This document shows positions 28,457 through 37,433 of a stretch of DNA of 51,405 bases, in pieces (the first letter of the stretch is position 1; each line of letters starts with the position of its first letter). The notes under the pieces are model-generated. The model made no database searches. It was not told where the DNA came from and was given only the letters and a program-made list of their open reading frames with translations. The stretch lies in IMG/VR virus record IMGVR_UViG_3300044475_000302, positions 1-51,405 of that record, one strand, 5' to 3'. The translations under genes were made by a program, and so were the position numbers. Origin of the DNA: a virus. Lineage: Duplodnaviria > Caudoviricetes.

Positions 28457-28710
28457 GCCTGCCCAGCCTTCACCCAACGTCGAATCCTCATTTCGCAGCC
28501 CGAGATCAGGCACACGCCATTTGCAAACCCCAGGTGGGTTTTGTTCGTCTCGCAACCGCATGCGCATTTCGGCTGACGACCTGGTCGCTTCTTGCGTGGC
28601 TCCATGTAGCGGATTTGCCCTGGCTGTCCGCCTACCTGGCCCCATCCGGCAACGCCACCTCGCATTGCAGCCGACCGTGCTGCCGGCGATAGCGCATTCA
28701 AATCGGTCAT
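28453..28710 (-). CDS. Hypothetical Cys-rich protein
   Basis: CACGC..THLG..NGVCL..GC; coupled by ATGA overlaps. Confidence 0.65.
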   Translation of the reverse strand: MTDLNALSPAARSAAMRGGVAGWGQVGGQPGQIRYMEPRKKRPGRQPKCACGCETNKTHLGFANGVCLISGCEMRIRRWVKAGQA

Positions 28711-30005
28711 TTCGAATCCTCGCTAATAACTAATTTGCTAAGGTCGCTCGAAGCCCCGCCGCCGTTGGCCTGTGCCGAATTCTGCGGGATTTCAAATAAG
28801 GCCTCTTTAAGGCCGTGGATGGCGGTGAAGCCGATCCGATCAAGCCACGCATGCCACTTCTCCAGAGCCAACTTGCGCTGCTCCATAGCCTGCGTGTGGA
28901 TGTAGGTGCTGGCGATCTTGCCCAGCGAGTGATTCAGCAGCATCTCGCCAATGTGGCCGTCGATACCGAGGTCGGTCCAAGTGGTGCGGGACACCTTGCG
29001 TAGGTCGTGGCTGGTCCACTCGCCCTGCCCCAGTCGGGTAAACACCATGCTGGCCTGGGTCTCGCTCAATGGCTGCCCACGACGATTCGGGAACAGGTAG
29101 GCGCCCTCGTAGCCCTTGGCCTGCTGGATGGCGCGATAGCGGACCAGCAAGGCATGGAGCTGGGCGGTCAGTGGCAAGCGGTGCTCGGTGCGGGTCTTCG
29201 TGTGGGCGGCTGGAATAAACCACTCAGCAGCAGCCAAGGTGACATCGCTCCAGCGCGCCATGCGGGTCTCACCGATCCGCGTGCCGTGGGCCAGCATCAT
29301 CAAAGCCAGCATGGCGTCACTCGGGCTCGTCTCGAAGGCATGCGCCAACTGCTGCATCAGCTCTGGCAAGTGCACGCCACGCAAGCGAGCAGCCTTTGCG
29401 GTGATCCGCGCCTTGGTGAAGTCACTGAACCGCACTCCTGCCATGGGGTTGGCATCGATCATCTCCAGCTTCATGGCCTGGCGAAAAGCGGTCAGCAGCA
29501 TCCCGAACATCTGCCGGAGATAGGACAGCGACAGCTTGGCCTGGCCTGGCCAGATCAGGTGCTTGTCGATCAGCTCCGCGGTGACATACTTGATTGGCAG
29601 ATCTCCCAAGCATGGGCGAAGGTGCTGACCCACTGCGGCGCGGGTGGCGGCCTTGCGCTTCGCCGACAGGGAGCGGTCGCGAGCCATGCGGTCAACATAC
29701 CAGTCGAGCAGCTGCCCTACCGTGGCCATACCCGAAACCACCAGTGCGGTGGCTGGGCTGCGCATCAAGCGCTGACGAAGCGCGGGCAGTTCTGCCAGCA
29801 CTGCCGACACGCTAAGCTCCGGCCAACGCGCAACCGGCACCCACTTCTTGCCGCGAACCAGGTGCCAAGTGCCGCGCTCGCGATTACTCCAGAAACGCAG
29901 GTACAGGCCAGGATGGCGTGGGTCGCGCAGGTCGCGCACCGACTTGTCACCGGCCTGCCGACGAATCTCCGCCTCGCTGAACTTCACTTCCCGGGTCGCG
30001 CTCAT
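28707..30005 (-). CDS. Tyrosine recombinase (second, nin-region)
   Basis: GTRIGE, HTKT, HDLR, LLNH, STY catalytic set; arm-binding-like N-terminus. Confidence 0.9.
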   Translation of the reverse strand: MSATREVKFSEAEIRRQAGDKSVRDLRDPRHPGLYLRFWSNRERGTWHLVRGKKWVPVARWPELSVSAVLAELPALRQRLMRSPATALVVSGMATVGQLLDWYVDRMARDRSLSAKRKAATRAAVGQHLRPCLGDLPIKYVTAELIDKHLIWPGQAKLSLSYLRQMFGMLLTAFRQAMKLEMIDANPMAGVRFSDFTKARITAKAARLRGVHLPELMQQLAHAFETSPSDAMLALMMLAHGTRIGETRMARWSDVTLAAAEWFIPAAHTKTRTEHRLPLTAQLHALLVRYRAIQQAKGYEGAYLFPNRRGQPLSETQASMVFTRLGQGEWTSHDLRKVSRTTWTDLGIDGHIGEMLLNHSLGKIASTYIHTQAMEQRKLALEKWHAWLDRIGFTAIHGLKEALFEIPQNSAQANGGGASSDLSKLVISEDSK

Positions 30006-30427
30006 GCCGCCACCGTGACCGGGAGCATCAGGTAGGCCCGCAGCTGCTCCATGGCGTCAAAGTGTCCACGGCACACGATGGCGAGATAGCCCTGCTCGTT
30101 CAGGCGGCGCAGGCAATCACGCTGGCTCGCTGAGACGGGTGCAGGTTCCACGGTCGCCTTGAATTCGATGTAAAGTCCGAAGAAGCCACCGCGAGCCATC
30201 GGCAGCACCAAGTCGGGAATGCCGGCCTTGACGCCCTGGGCTTTGAGCTTGGCTGCCACAGCCTTGACCCGGTGGCCGCCGTTGGGGACGTGGTAGATCA
30301 GTTCGTAGACGTCGGGGTGCTTGAGGCGAATTTCGCTCAGCAGCGCGGCCTGTTCCTGGCCTTCTCGGTCAACGGGCTTGGCACGAGGGGTGCGCGGCTT
30401 GGTGGTTCGGATACCGAGCACCTTCAT
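30002..30427 (-). CDS. VRR-NUC domain nuclease
   Basis: HVPNGG, GVKAGIPDL, LYIEFK motifs. Confidence 0.9.
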   Translation of the reverse strand: MKVLGIRTTKPRTPRAKPVDREGQEQAALLSEIRLKHPDVYELIYHVPNGGHRVKAVAAKLKAQGVKAGIPDLVLPMARGGFFGLYIEFKATVEPAPVSASQRDCLRRLNEQGYLAIVCRGHFDAMEQLRAYLMLPVTVAA

Positions 30428-30720
30428 GCGACCAGCACCCCTTCGTTGAGCAGAACGGCTTGGGTGCGCATGACGCCTTCGGCGTGGTACTGGCGAGCGG
30501 TGTCACGATCAATGGCGCTGCTTCTGCCGTCGCAAGTGTCGTGGCACGCACTGCACGACCAGGCGCCCTGGATATCGTGCGGTTTCTTGCCTATGCCGCA
30601 GGTGCCCGCCAGGCGGTAGTGCGCGAGCACGGTGGTTTCGGGGTTGCCGTTGCACACGCCAGGGATGCGCACTTGGCACTCCCGACCGCGCGCGGCCTTG
30701 GTCAGTTTCGATTGCCGCAT
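30424..30720 (-). CDS. DUF1364/YbcO-like putative nuclease
   Basis: ARGRECQVRIPGVCNGNPETTVLAHYR, CSACHD. Confidence 0.85.
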   Translation of the reverse strand: MRQSKLTKAARGRECQVRIPGVCNGNPETTVLAHYRLAGTCGIGKKPHDIQGAWSCSACHDTCDGRSSAIDRDTARQYHAEGVMRTQAVLLNEGVLVA

Positions 30721-30905
30721 GGGCTGTCTTCTCCATGAAGATCGATGACGGTGTATGCGCTCGGCCACATGAGCTGGCCGTGGGCAATGGCTGATGCCTC
30801 GTCCCTGTAAAGCGCAATCGGTGGGTGCTGGTTGGCCGCAATGCCGAGCAGGTCGCTGCGGCAGTACAGCGCATAGCGGTACTCGGTGAGATCTGGTGGC
30901 AGCAT
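30702..30905 (-). CDS. Hypothetical protein
   Basis: 67-aa ORF filling the operon between dnaB and the DUF1364-like gene. Confidence 0.55.
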   Translation of the reverse strand: MLPPDLTEYRYALYCRSDLLGIAANQHPPIALYRDEASAIAHGQLMWPSAYTVIDLHGEDSPCGNRN

Positions 30906-32299
30906 CAGAATCGCTCCGTGGGCCTGAGATCGTTCAGCAGAGAGCGAGACGACCGACGTGCAGGCTGGGTGGCGACCTGCTGCTCGCGTGTTCCGGCATA
31001 GTTGGCAAACCGGGCGAACTCACCCTGGTGTTGCAACAGGCAGTGCCCGACAGGTGCGTGTCGATGCTTGACCGCGTCTATCTCGGTAACGCCGCTCTGG
31101 CCAAGGTCCGAATCGGCATCGCGATGGGCGATCAGGATGATGTCAGCGTCTTGCTCGATCTCTCCCGAATCACGAAGGTCGGACATCTGGGGCTTCTTGG
31201 CCGAGCGTGTCTCGATACCTCGGTTCAGCTGGGCCAAGACGATTACCGGCACGTCCAGCTCCTTCGCCATGGCCTTGATGCCGCGGCTGATGGCGCCCAG
31301 TTCAAGGTTGCGGTTCTGTTGGCGGCTACCTGGCTCTGCTGCAATCAGGCCGATGTAGTCGATGACGATCAGGTCGAGCGGCTTGGCCTTGTGCTGGAAG
31401 CGGGCGATATTGCGGATTCGGCTCAGCGGAAGGCCACCCTTCTGGCAGATGCGCAGGTCAGCGTTGCGCATGCGGCCAACGGCGGCGGTGATCTTCTGGA
31501 TCTGCTCGCCATCACCCATAGCCTTGCCGGTATCGATGCTGCCAGTGGTGACCGACGAGGCCGAAGATAGGCTACGTTTGGCCAGCTCCTTGCCGGCCAT
31601 CTCCAACGAGAACACCAGGGCGGACTTGCCCTCACGAATGGTCAGGTGCTCGGCAATGCCAAGGCCGAGGGTCGTTTTGCCGGTGCCTGGGCGCCCGGCA
31701 ACGATGATGACGTGCGAACCGCGCAGGCCTTGGACCAGCTCATCCAAGTCGGTGAGGCCAGTGGAAAGGCCGTTGATGCCGCGGCCATTGAATCGGTCGT
31801 CCATCTCGTCGATGACGGGGCCGAGTGCTTCGGCGAGCGTAATCACGTCCGGCTCATCATCCTCGCTGTTCAGCGACAGCGCCGCTTCCTGCACCTCAGC
31901 GATGATCTGAGCGATCGGGCGGTTCTGGGATGCAAGGTCAATGATGGTCTGGCCTAGGTCATTGACGGTGCGCGCCTTCGAGCGCTCGATCACGATCCGC
32001 GCGTACTCCTGGGCGTTTGCCACGCTAACCGTGTTGCGCATGATCTCGGCAGCGCGGATCAGGGTCATTTCGCCGCTGCTGAGCGTCGGACGGATATCGG
32101 CCAAGGCGACGGGATCGGCTGGGCGGCCGGCAGAGCGAGCGGCCAGGATCATGCTGAACAGCTCGGCGGCGTCCTCGACGTGGAAGTGCAGCGGCGAGAC
32201 CTTTGCGCCGATGGACTCGATGAGCGATGGCTGGTGCATCAGGGCGCCCACGACCCCGAATTCAGCCTCTTCGGCAACAAGCGGGCGGGTGGCGATCAT
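30905..32299 (-). CDS. dnaB: Replicative helicase, DnaB family
   Basis: GRPGTGKT, FSLEM, IVIDYIGLI, LAQLNR, SDLRDSGEIEQDAD. Confidence 0.95.
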   Translation of the reverse strand: MIATRPLVAEEAEFGVVGALMHQPSLIESIGAKVSPLHFHVEDAAELFSMILAARSAGRPADPVALADIRPTLSSGEMTLIRAAEIMRNTVSVANAQEYARIVIERSKARTVNDLGQTIIDLASQNRPIAQIIAEVQEAALSLNSEDDEPDVITLAEALGPVIDEMDDRFNGRGINGLSTGLTDLDELVQGLRGSHVIIVAGRPGTGKTTLGLGIAEHLTIREGKSALVFSLEMAGKELAKRSLSSASSVTTGSIDTGKAMGDGEQIQKITAAVGRMRNADLRICQKGGLPLSRIRNIARFQHKAKPLDLIVIDYIGLIAAEPGSRQQNRNLELGAISRGIKAMAKELDVPVIVLAQLNRGIETRSAKKPQMSDLRDSGEIEQDADIILIAHRDADSDLGQSGVTEIDAVKHRHAPVGHCLLQHQGEFARFANYAGTREQQVATQPARRSSRSLLNDLRPTERF

Positions 32300-33111
32300 T
32301 GCTGCGCCTCCAGCACCTTGAGCACGGTGGATTCACGGGTCAGGAACTCGATATCCGCCTTCCAGCTTCGGTCGTTGTCGCCGGTGTAGTGCTTCACAGC
32401 CAGGCAGTCGCCGAAGTAGGCAATCCAGAACTCACCCTTGCGGAATGGCTGGACGCCGTTGATCTTCAGGTTCCAGCAATTGCGGATATTGGTTCGGCGC
32501 TTGTCGTTCAGCTTCAGGCACTGCGGGAGCGCGTGGCCACAGGTCTGGTTGTAGATTTCGACGATGCGGCTATACGGGATCTTCTCGCCCTTGGCTGCCT
32601 TGGGCTGCTCAGCCTGAGGCGCGGGCTTGTCGTGACCAGCTTCGTCGTTGCCCGTCGATGCGGATGCGTCGACAACCAATGCGTTAGCATTGGTATTTGT
32701 ATTTCTTTCTTTATTGTGTGGCAGAAACGCCACATTGGACGTGTGGGAAACGCCACACTGAGGCGTTTCTTTTTGCTTGTTCGGATGGGTGTTTTTCTTG
32801 TCGATCTTCCACTGGCCTACCGGAGCAAAACCGATTGGGCTGCGACTGCCGCCTTCGCGGTAAATCACTCCTTGGCGCAGCAGTTCGGAGACCGCCCTGG
32901 AAACATCCTCGCGACGAATGCCGGACATCTCCGCGATGTACGACGCAGCGATGCAGGCGCTCTCCAAGTTGTAACCAGCGGTTTGGCGGTGGATTGCCAG
33001 GGCGACACGAAGCTCGCGGCCTGACAGCTCAGCCCCGATCAGGGCCTCGTACAGGTCGTTGTCCATTCGGGTGAATCCGCTTTTCGATTGGATTGGGGTG
33101 ACGGTGCTCAC
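32296..33111 (-). CDS. Replication initiator (lambda O-like)
   Basis: GFTRMDNDLYEALI..LSGRELRV..RQTAGYN N-terminus; WKADIEFL C-terminus. Confidence 0.88.
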   Translation of the reverse strand: MSTVTPIQSKSGFTRMDNDLYEALIGAELSGRELRVALAIHRQTAGYNLESACIAASYIAEMSGIRREDVSRAVSELLRQGVIYREGGSRSPIGFAPVGQWKIDKKNTHPNKQKETPQCGVSHTSNVAFLPHNKERNTNTNANALVVDASASTGNDEAGHDKPAPQAEQPKAAKGEKIPYSRIVEIYNQTCGHALPQCLKLNDKRRTNIRNCWNLKINGVQPFRKGEFWIAYFGDCLAVKHYTGDNDRSWKADIEFLTRESTVLKVLEAQQ

Positions 33112-33296
33112 GCCTCACCTCCGCACAGCGATGCCCGCAGGTGCTCGACGCACTCACGGCGGAGTGCGGCTTTCGAGGCGGCTGCGTACTGGAGGCGAAT
33201 CATTCGCGCGGCATTGAGTGCGGCGGTTTGGTGGTAGGACTTTTGGTGCGAAACGGCCAAGGGTGCGGTGTTGCTTGCATCCATTGCAGAGTGCAT
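33108..33296 (-). CDS. Small hypothetical protein between cro and O
   Basis: MHSAMDAS start after GAGGT RBS; overlaps the O start. Confidence 0.55.
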   Translation of the reverse strand: MHSAMDASNTAPLAVSHQKSYHQTAALNAARMIRLQYAAASKAALRRECVEHLRASLCGGEA

Positions 33297-33349
33297 AATC
33301 GACCTCGATGTTTGTTGTAGAGAAGCCGCCCTGCCAGGCGGTTTTTTTT
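33271..33349 (+). ncRNA. Putative ~45-nt antisense RNA unit (promoter plus terminator, oop-like)
   Basis: TTGCTT-N17-CATAAT (33271-33299), then CCGCC-N6-GGCGG-T8 (33326-33349), antisense to the pR operon. Confidence 0.55.
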
Positions 33350-33432
33350 CGCCTGCGATTCGACTACTGGATGGATTCGCAGGTGTTTCAGTCATCTACT
33401 GGCGCAAGGCCAGGAATGGGATCATTTGCTCG

Positions 33433-33657
33433 TCAGGCAGCTGTTCTCCCGAGATCGGTTGGCGGAAATACCTCGTCCAGATCACATACCGCTCCAAGTG
33501 AGTTCAGGGCCGCAACGATCAAGCGCGCTTCTTCCAGACCTGGATTCCTCCTGCCGGCCTCATAGTTGGCCAAGCGCGACTGATTCCAATCGAGCTTCCG
33601 GCAAAGGCTGGCTTGGCTTAAACCCGCCCCTACTCGGATCTTGCGAACGTTGTTCAT
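33433..33657 (-). CDS. cro: Cro-like HTH repressor
   Basis: LSQASLCRKLDWNQSRLANYEAGRRNP HTH; divergent from cI. Confidence 0.88.
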   Translation of the reverse strand: MNNVRKIRVGAGLSQASLCRKLDWNQSRLANYEAGRRNPGLEEARLIVAALNSLGAVCDLDEVFPPTDLGRTAA

Positions 33658-33683
33658 CAGGGGTTCCTCAATGACTTGCACTC

Positions 33684-33725
33684 AGGATAAACACGCATCG
33701 TGTTAATGGCAATCACAATAAGTGA
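33684..33725 (-). promoter_or_regulatory. pR promoter with operators
   Basis: TTGCCA-N17-TATCCT on the minus strand; operators ACACGCATCGTGT (33691-33703) and TCACAATAAGTGA (33713-33725). Confidence 0.75.
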
Positions 33726-33761
33726 AAGCCGGGTATTTCGTTTCGTGATGAAATCCCGCGA

Positions 33762-34586
33762 ATGAACGAATCACTGAGCCAGCGCATCAAGCGCCTGAGA
33801 AAAGCGACCGGGATGTCCCAGGCACAACTGGCGGACGCCTGCGGCTGGAAATCACAGTCGCGTGTGGGCAACTACGAGGCCGGTACCCGCGAGCCGACCT
33901 TGGCAGATATCGCTTCCATTGCATCAGCTCTCGGCGTAGACCAGTCCGAGTTGCTCCTGAATGCCCCTGTTGCCGAGCAGGCTTCTGCGCCTGGCAGAAC
34001 CACGGCCGACTTGGTAAAGCAGATGCTCGCCAAAAGTGGAAAGGGAATTCCAGAAGAAGCTCGACAATGGCTTCTAGCAGCAGCGGAAGACCCTGCCAAT
34101 CAGGCCCTAAATGCGGATGCCGGTCTAGTGACCGCTGACTTCTCTCGGCCAGGCCAGGTTGGCGACGAGGTTTGGATTGCCCACTACGACGTGCGAGCAG
34201 CAATGGGCGGCGGGCAGATTCCGCACGAATACCCCGAAATGCTTCAAGACATCCGGGTCAGCCCAAGGCATCTGCGCGAGATGGGTGTCTCATTCAAAGA
34301 GCACTTCCACCTCAAGATGATCACCGGCTGGGGCCAGTCTATGGCTCCGACGATCAAGGACCGAGATCCACTGCTGGTGGACGTCACGATCCGTGAATTT
34401 ACCGGTGATGGCATCTACCTCTTCTCCCACGACGAGATGCTGTACGTGAAGCGCCTGCAAAAGAAAGGCAAGGATCGTTTCAAGATGATCTCGGACAACA
34501 AGCATCACGATCCCGAGGAGATCCGCGTGGACGACACCCACATCCTGGCTCGAGTGCTTTACGTGTGGAACGGGCAGCCGGTTTGA
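33762..34586 (+). CDS. cI: CI repressor (HTH + S24 peptidase)
   Basis: MSQAQLADACGWKSQSRVGNYEAG HTH; GQSMAP and YVKRL catalytic dyad. Confidence 0.93.
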   Translation: MNESLSQRIKRLRKATGMSQAQLADACGWKSQSRVGNYEAGTREPTLADIASIASALGVDQSELLLNAPVAEQASAPGRTTADLVKQMLAKSGKGIPEEARQWLLAAAEDPANQALNADAGLVTADFSRPGQVGDEVWIAHYDVRAAMGGGQIPHEYPEMLQDIRVSPRHLREMGVSFKEHFHLKMITGWGQSMAPTIKDRDPLLVDVTIREFTGDGIYLFSHDEMLYVKRLQKKGKDRFKMISDNKHHDPEEIRVDDTHILARVLYVWNGQPV

Positions 34587-34589
34587 CCT

Positions 34590-34829
34590 ATGACCCTAAC
34601 CAAGCCTAACCAAGAGCTGCGCCGCGACCTCCAGGACCTGGCCAGCGACCTGAAGTGGTCAGCGGTCGAGCTGATGCGGATCGCAGTGCGCCTGAGCGAG
34701 GCCGGGAATGAAGCTGACGCCCAGGCAGTGATTAGGATCTGCCAGGTGATGCAGGCCGGAGAGGATCGGTTGGCGGGGTATGGGGATGAGGTGAAAGCAG
34801 GAAAGATTGCACGACAGAAGGCCGATTAG
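34590..34829 (+). CDS. Hypothetical protein downstream of cI
   Basis: 79-aa helical ORF starting 3 bp after the cI stop. Confidence 0.7.
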   Translation: MTLTKPNQELRRDLQDLASDLKWSAVELMRIAVRLSEAGNEADAQAVIRICQVMQAGEDRLAGYGDEVKAGKIARQKAD

Positions 34830-34904
34830 CGCCGCTCCATCGGTCACGCCATATGAGATGGTGTCGACCAATAACTACAACACCCTAGTGGCAGGGAGCA
34901 GGGG

Positions 34905-35429
34905 ATGGCGAAAGCCGGAAAAATTCCATACGTCGATGCTATGTCGGCGATTTCTCTGGAAAAAGCATGGGCTGGAGCTACCACCATTTTATGGGTTGGC
35001 ACGGGCGGCAACGGGTTTCCTATTGCCCATAAGTGCCGCGTGCCGGTTTCCTGTAAAGGTGTAGTGCAAGAAGGGCTTTTCATTGACTTGTTCCACAAGT
35101 TCAGCGATTTGCCTGGGGTTCCTGACAAGGTCAGTATGACCCTAGTGTCCGGAGGGGCAAGGGTTCTTGCCCTGGATGAAAACGGGCCCACCACGCATGT
35201 GAATGCTGTTGGCCGGGGCATGCCGCACTTCCAGAAGCTGGCAGACCACCCGCACCTTCATACCCCTGTTCCTGAAAGCTCGTCTGGCTATGCGGAGCCC
35301 ATCGATCGGGTTCACATTGAGGCCCTGTGGCGCATCTTCCTAGAGCGTGCCAACATTGAGGGCGCACCACCCTTCAATCTCCCTAATCGAGGACCGCAAG
35401 AAAACAGCGGGCAAATGGATCTCCTATGA
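34905..35429 (+). CDS. Hypothetical protein, partner of the downstream DUF1828-like gene
   Basis: H-x-N and HPHLH motifs; ATGA overlap with next gene. Confidence 0.75.
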   Translation: MAKAGKIPYVDAMSAISLEKAWAGATTILWVGTGGNGFPIAHKCRVPVSCKGVVQEGLFIDLFHKFSDLPGVPDKVSMTLVSGGARVLALDENGPTTHVNAVGRGMPHFQKLADHPHLHTPVPESSSGYAEPIDRVHIEALWRIFLERANIEGAPPFNLPNRGPQENSGQMDLL

Positions 35430-36190
35430 ATTGCGCAGACATCAGCAGGCAGCTTGGCTTTCAATGCCGCCATATCAGCGATGGCCTGACATACATTCAG
35501 TCCCCTCTGACCCTGGCATTTGATGGCGCGGCAATTGGTGCGTTTGTTCAAGATATCGGTCGCGGCCTGGTCCGGATCACTGATAACTCTGACATCCTCT
35601 TCACGGCCATGACGCACGGCATAGCGCCGGACCAGAGGCGCTCCAGAAAATTCGGTGAGATTGCCAAGCTAAGTGGAATGTCCTTTTCCGAGAATGGGGA
35701 GCTGCATACCGTTTGCTCCCAGGATGAAGCGGGCTTCCAGATCGCCAGATTTATCGAGGCGGCATCCCGGATCGGAGATGCGTGTGACGATATGCTGGTT
35801 ATCCATGTCCCAAAATTCCAACGCAAGGTAGGGTCGATCCTGGCAAGAAGGTATAAGGAGAGCCTGCGACGAGATTTCGTGCTCAGCGGGGCCAGCGGTC
35901 ACCAACTGACCTTCCCCTTCGTTATCAACATCGGCAGGCCGGATCAGATGGTGATCCAGACCATCGCGGCTGGATCCTCCGGGAAACCTAACTGGGCAAG
36001 CATCTATGGGGCTGTCGGGAAAATGGGGGACCTTAAAAACTCCCGCGACAGAACTAAGCGCACGATCATTCTGGAGCAAGGCGAGGAGCAGTCCACTCAG
36101 CAAGCTATGGTTGCTCTGGCCGAGTCGGCTTCCATTGTTGTCTACGACGGAAACAATCAGCACCTATACGACGCGCTTCAAGCGGCGTAA
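35426..36190 (+). CDS. DUF1828-like protein with possible degenerate PD-(D/E)XK-like C-terminal domain
   Basis: SPLTLAFDG, VRITDNSD, GASGHQLTFPF motifs (recalled family pattern). Confidence 0.65.
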   Translation: MNCADISRQLGFQCRHISDGLTYIQSPLTLAFDGAAIGAFVQDIGRGLVRITDNSDILFTAMTHGIAPDQRRSRKFGEIAKLSGMSFSENGELHTVCSQDEAGFQIARFIEAASRIGDACDDMLVIHVPKFQRKVGSILARRYKESLRRDFVLSGASGHQLTFPFVINIGRPDQMVIQTIAAGSSGKPNWASIYGAVGKMGDLKNSRDRTKRTIILEQGEEQSTQQAMVALAESASIVVYDGNNQHLYDALQAA

Positions 36191-36221
36191 GGCCTGCCAC
36201 GCAAATACGCTGAAACATCAT

Positions 36222-36243
36222 AGCCCGCCTCGGCGGGCTTTTT
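36222..36243 (+). terminator. Intrinsic terminator
   Basis: AGCCCGC-CTCG-GCGGGCT-TTTT. Confidence 0.75.
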
Positions 36244-36328
36244 CATTTCTTCGCGATAGCTGGCCCAGGTGAAGATTCAAGGCGCTTTGATATCATCACC
36301 AACCACCCTCACTGAATGGACTCTGCTG

Positions 36329-36766
36329 ATGCGCTCTCTCGCTGCCACCGCCCTCCTCTGCCTATCCCTCGTAGGCTGCGCCTCTGTCCCTATGGCCAAT
36401 ACACAGGACGACAGTGATGCCAAGCGCTTCTCCCCAGCGCCTGACATGTCTGGCATCTACATCTACCGAAATGAGTTCGTTGGCGCCGCCATCAAGATGC
36501 CTGTTGTGCTTGATGGAAGACAGCTAGGGAAGACTGTCGCTTACAGCTACCTGTATAAAGAAGTGCCGCCAGGCAAGCACATCATCACCGCCGATGGCGA
36601 GAATACCGATCTCCTGAAGGTTGAGACCCGAGCTGGCCAAGCCATTTTCATTCATCAGGAGGTGAAGATGGGGTTCGCAGTTGCTCGCAGCGGTATGAGG
36701 GTCGTTGATTCGACCGAAGGCAAAGCAGGCGTGCTTGAGTGCAAGCTGATCGAGTCGCAGTACTAG
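36329..36766 (+). CDS. Lipoprotein (DUF2846-like)
   Basis: Lipobox LVGC; GIYIYRNE, YLYKEVPPGKH motifs. Confidence 0.8.
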   Translation: MRSLAATALLCLSLVGCASVPMANTQDDSDAKRFSPAPDMSGIYIYRNEFVGAAIKMPVVLDGRQLGKTVAYSYLYKEVPPGKHIITADGENTDLLKVETRAGQAIFIHQEVKMGFAVARSGMRVVDSTEGKAGVLECKLIESQY

Positions 36767-36789
36767 AATCGTCTAATAGTCATCAAGAG

Positions 36790-36812
36790 GCCCGCCGCAT
36801 GGCGGGCTTTTT
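36790..36812 (+). terminator. Intrinsic terminator between convergent genes
   Basis: GCCCGCC-GCAT-GGCGGGC-TTTTT. Confidence 0.75.
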
Positions 36813-36820
36813 GATGGCCA

Positions 36821-37144
36821 TCAGAAAGGTGCCTCCTCCTCAACCTCAATCTCGCTGTCCTCCTCGATGATGAAGTCGTCGCGATCTTGAGCTGCGCTCT
36901 GCTCCCACCGGACAGTCACGCTACCGTCATCATCGAACGTCAGATCAAGCTCAGGCGTTTCGGCCAGCAGCCCCATCACCTCCTCCCACTCCATATCTCC
37001 ATCCGTGTCCAGGCGATGGATCGTCACCCAGCGCTGCGTCTGCGCGAGCGGATGATTGATCATCGACGAAACCCTCAGGCTCAGACGTTCTAGCCCGGTC
37101 ATTTCCTCACGCTGAAGTACTGCTTCTTTCTTCTGCTTGGACAT
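36821..37144 (-). CDS. DUF1654-like protein, SOS-regulated
   Basis: ERLSLRVSSMINHPLAQ..VTIHRLDTD..WEEV; AAGGAG RBS; LexA box upstream. Confidence 0.75.
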   Translation of the reverse strand: MSKQKKEAVLQREEMTGLERLSLRVSSMINHPLAQTQRWVTIHRLDTDGDMEWEEVMGLLAETPELDLTFDDDGSVTVRWEQSAAQDRDDFIIEEDSEIEVEEEAPF

Positions 37145-37160
37145 AAGCACCTCTCCTTAA

Positions 37161-37176
37161 CTGTATATCCATCCAG
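37161..37176. promoter_or_regulatory. LexA (SOS) box
   Basis: CTGTATATCCATCCAG. Confidence 0.8.
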
Positions 37177-37195
37177 TATTTGAAGCGAGAATACA

Positions 37196-37299
37196 TCACG
37201 CCTTGTGAAAGGTGAAGCCGCCGTGTAGCGAAAACCATCATCACACCACTCACGAAAATCACATTACGTGTTGACACAATAAACACAATGCGTGATATT
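37196..37299 (+). promoter_or_regulatory. pL promoter with three operators
   Basis: TTGACA-N17-GATATT (37271-37299); WCAC-N5-GTGW sites at 37196-37208, 37259-37271, 37283-37295 match the pR operators. Confidence 0.8.
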
Positions 37300-37353
37300 T
37301 GTCTCGACACGCAGCCTCTCACCAAGAGCTGCCAAGGCCCCATCACTGGCCAC

Positions 37354-37433
37354 CGCTCTTTACACATCGTCGGGAACCTCGCGGATCGATCCCCGGTAAC
37401 GGGAAGCCCCATGTGGGCATCGCTGAAAAGCGA
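37354..37433 (+). promoter_or_regulatory. nut-like site: boxA and GNRA hairpins
   Basis: CGCTCTTTAC at 37354-37363; CCCG-GTAA-CGGG; TCGCT-GAAA-AGCGA at 37420-37433. Confidence 0.55.
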
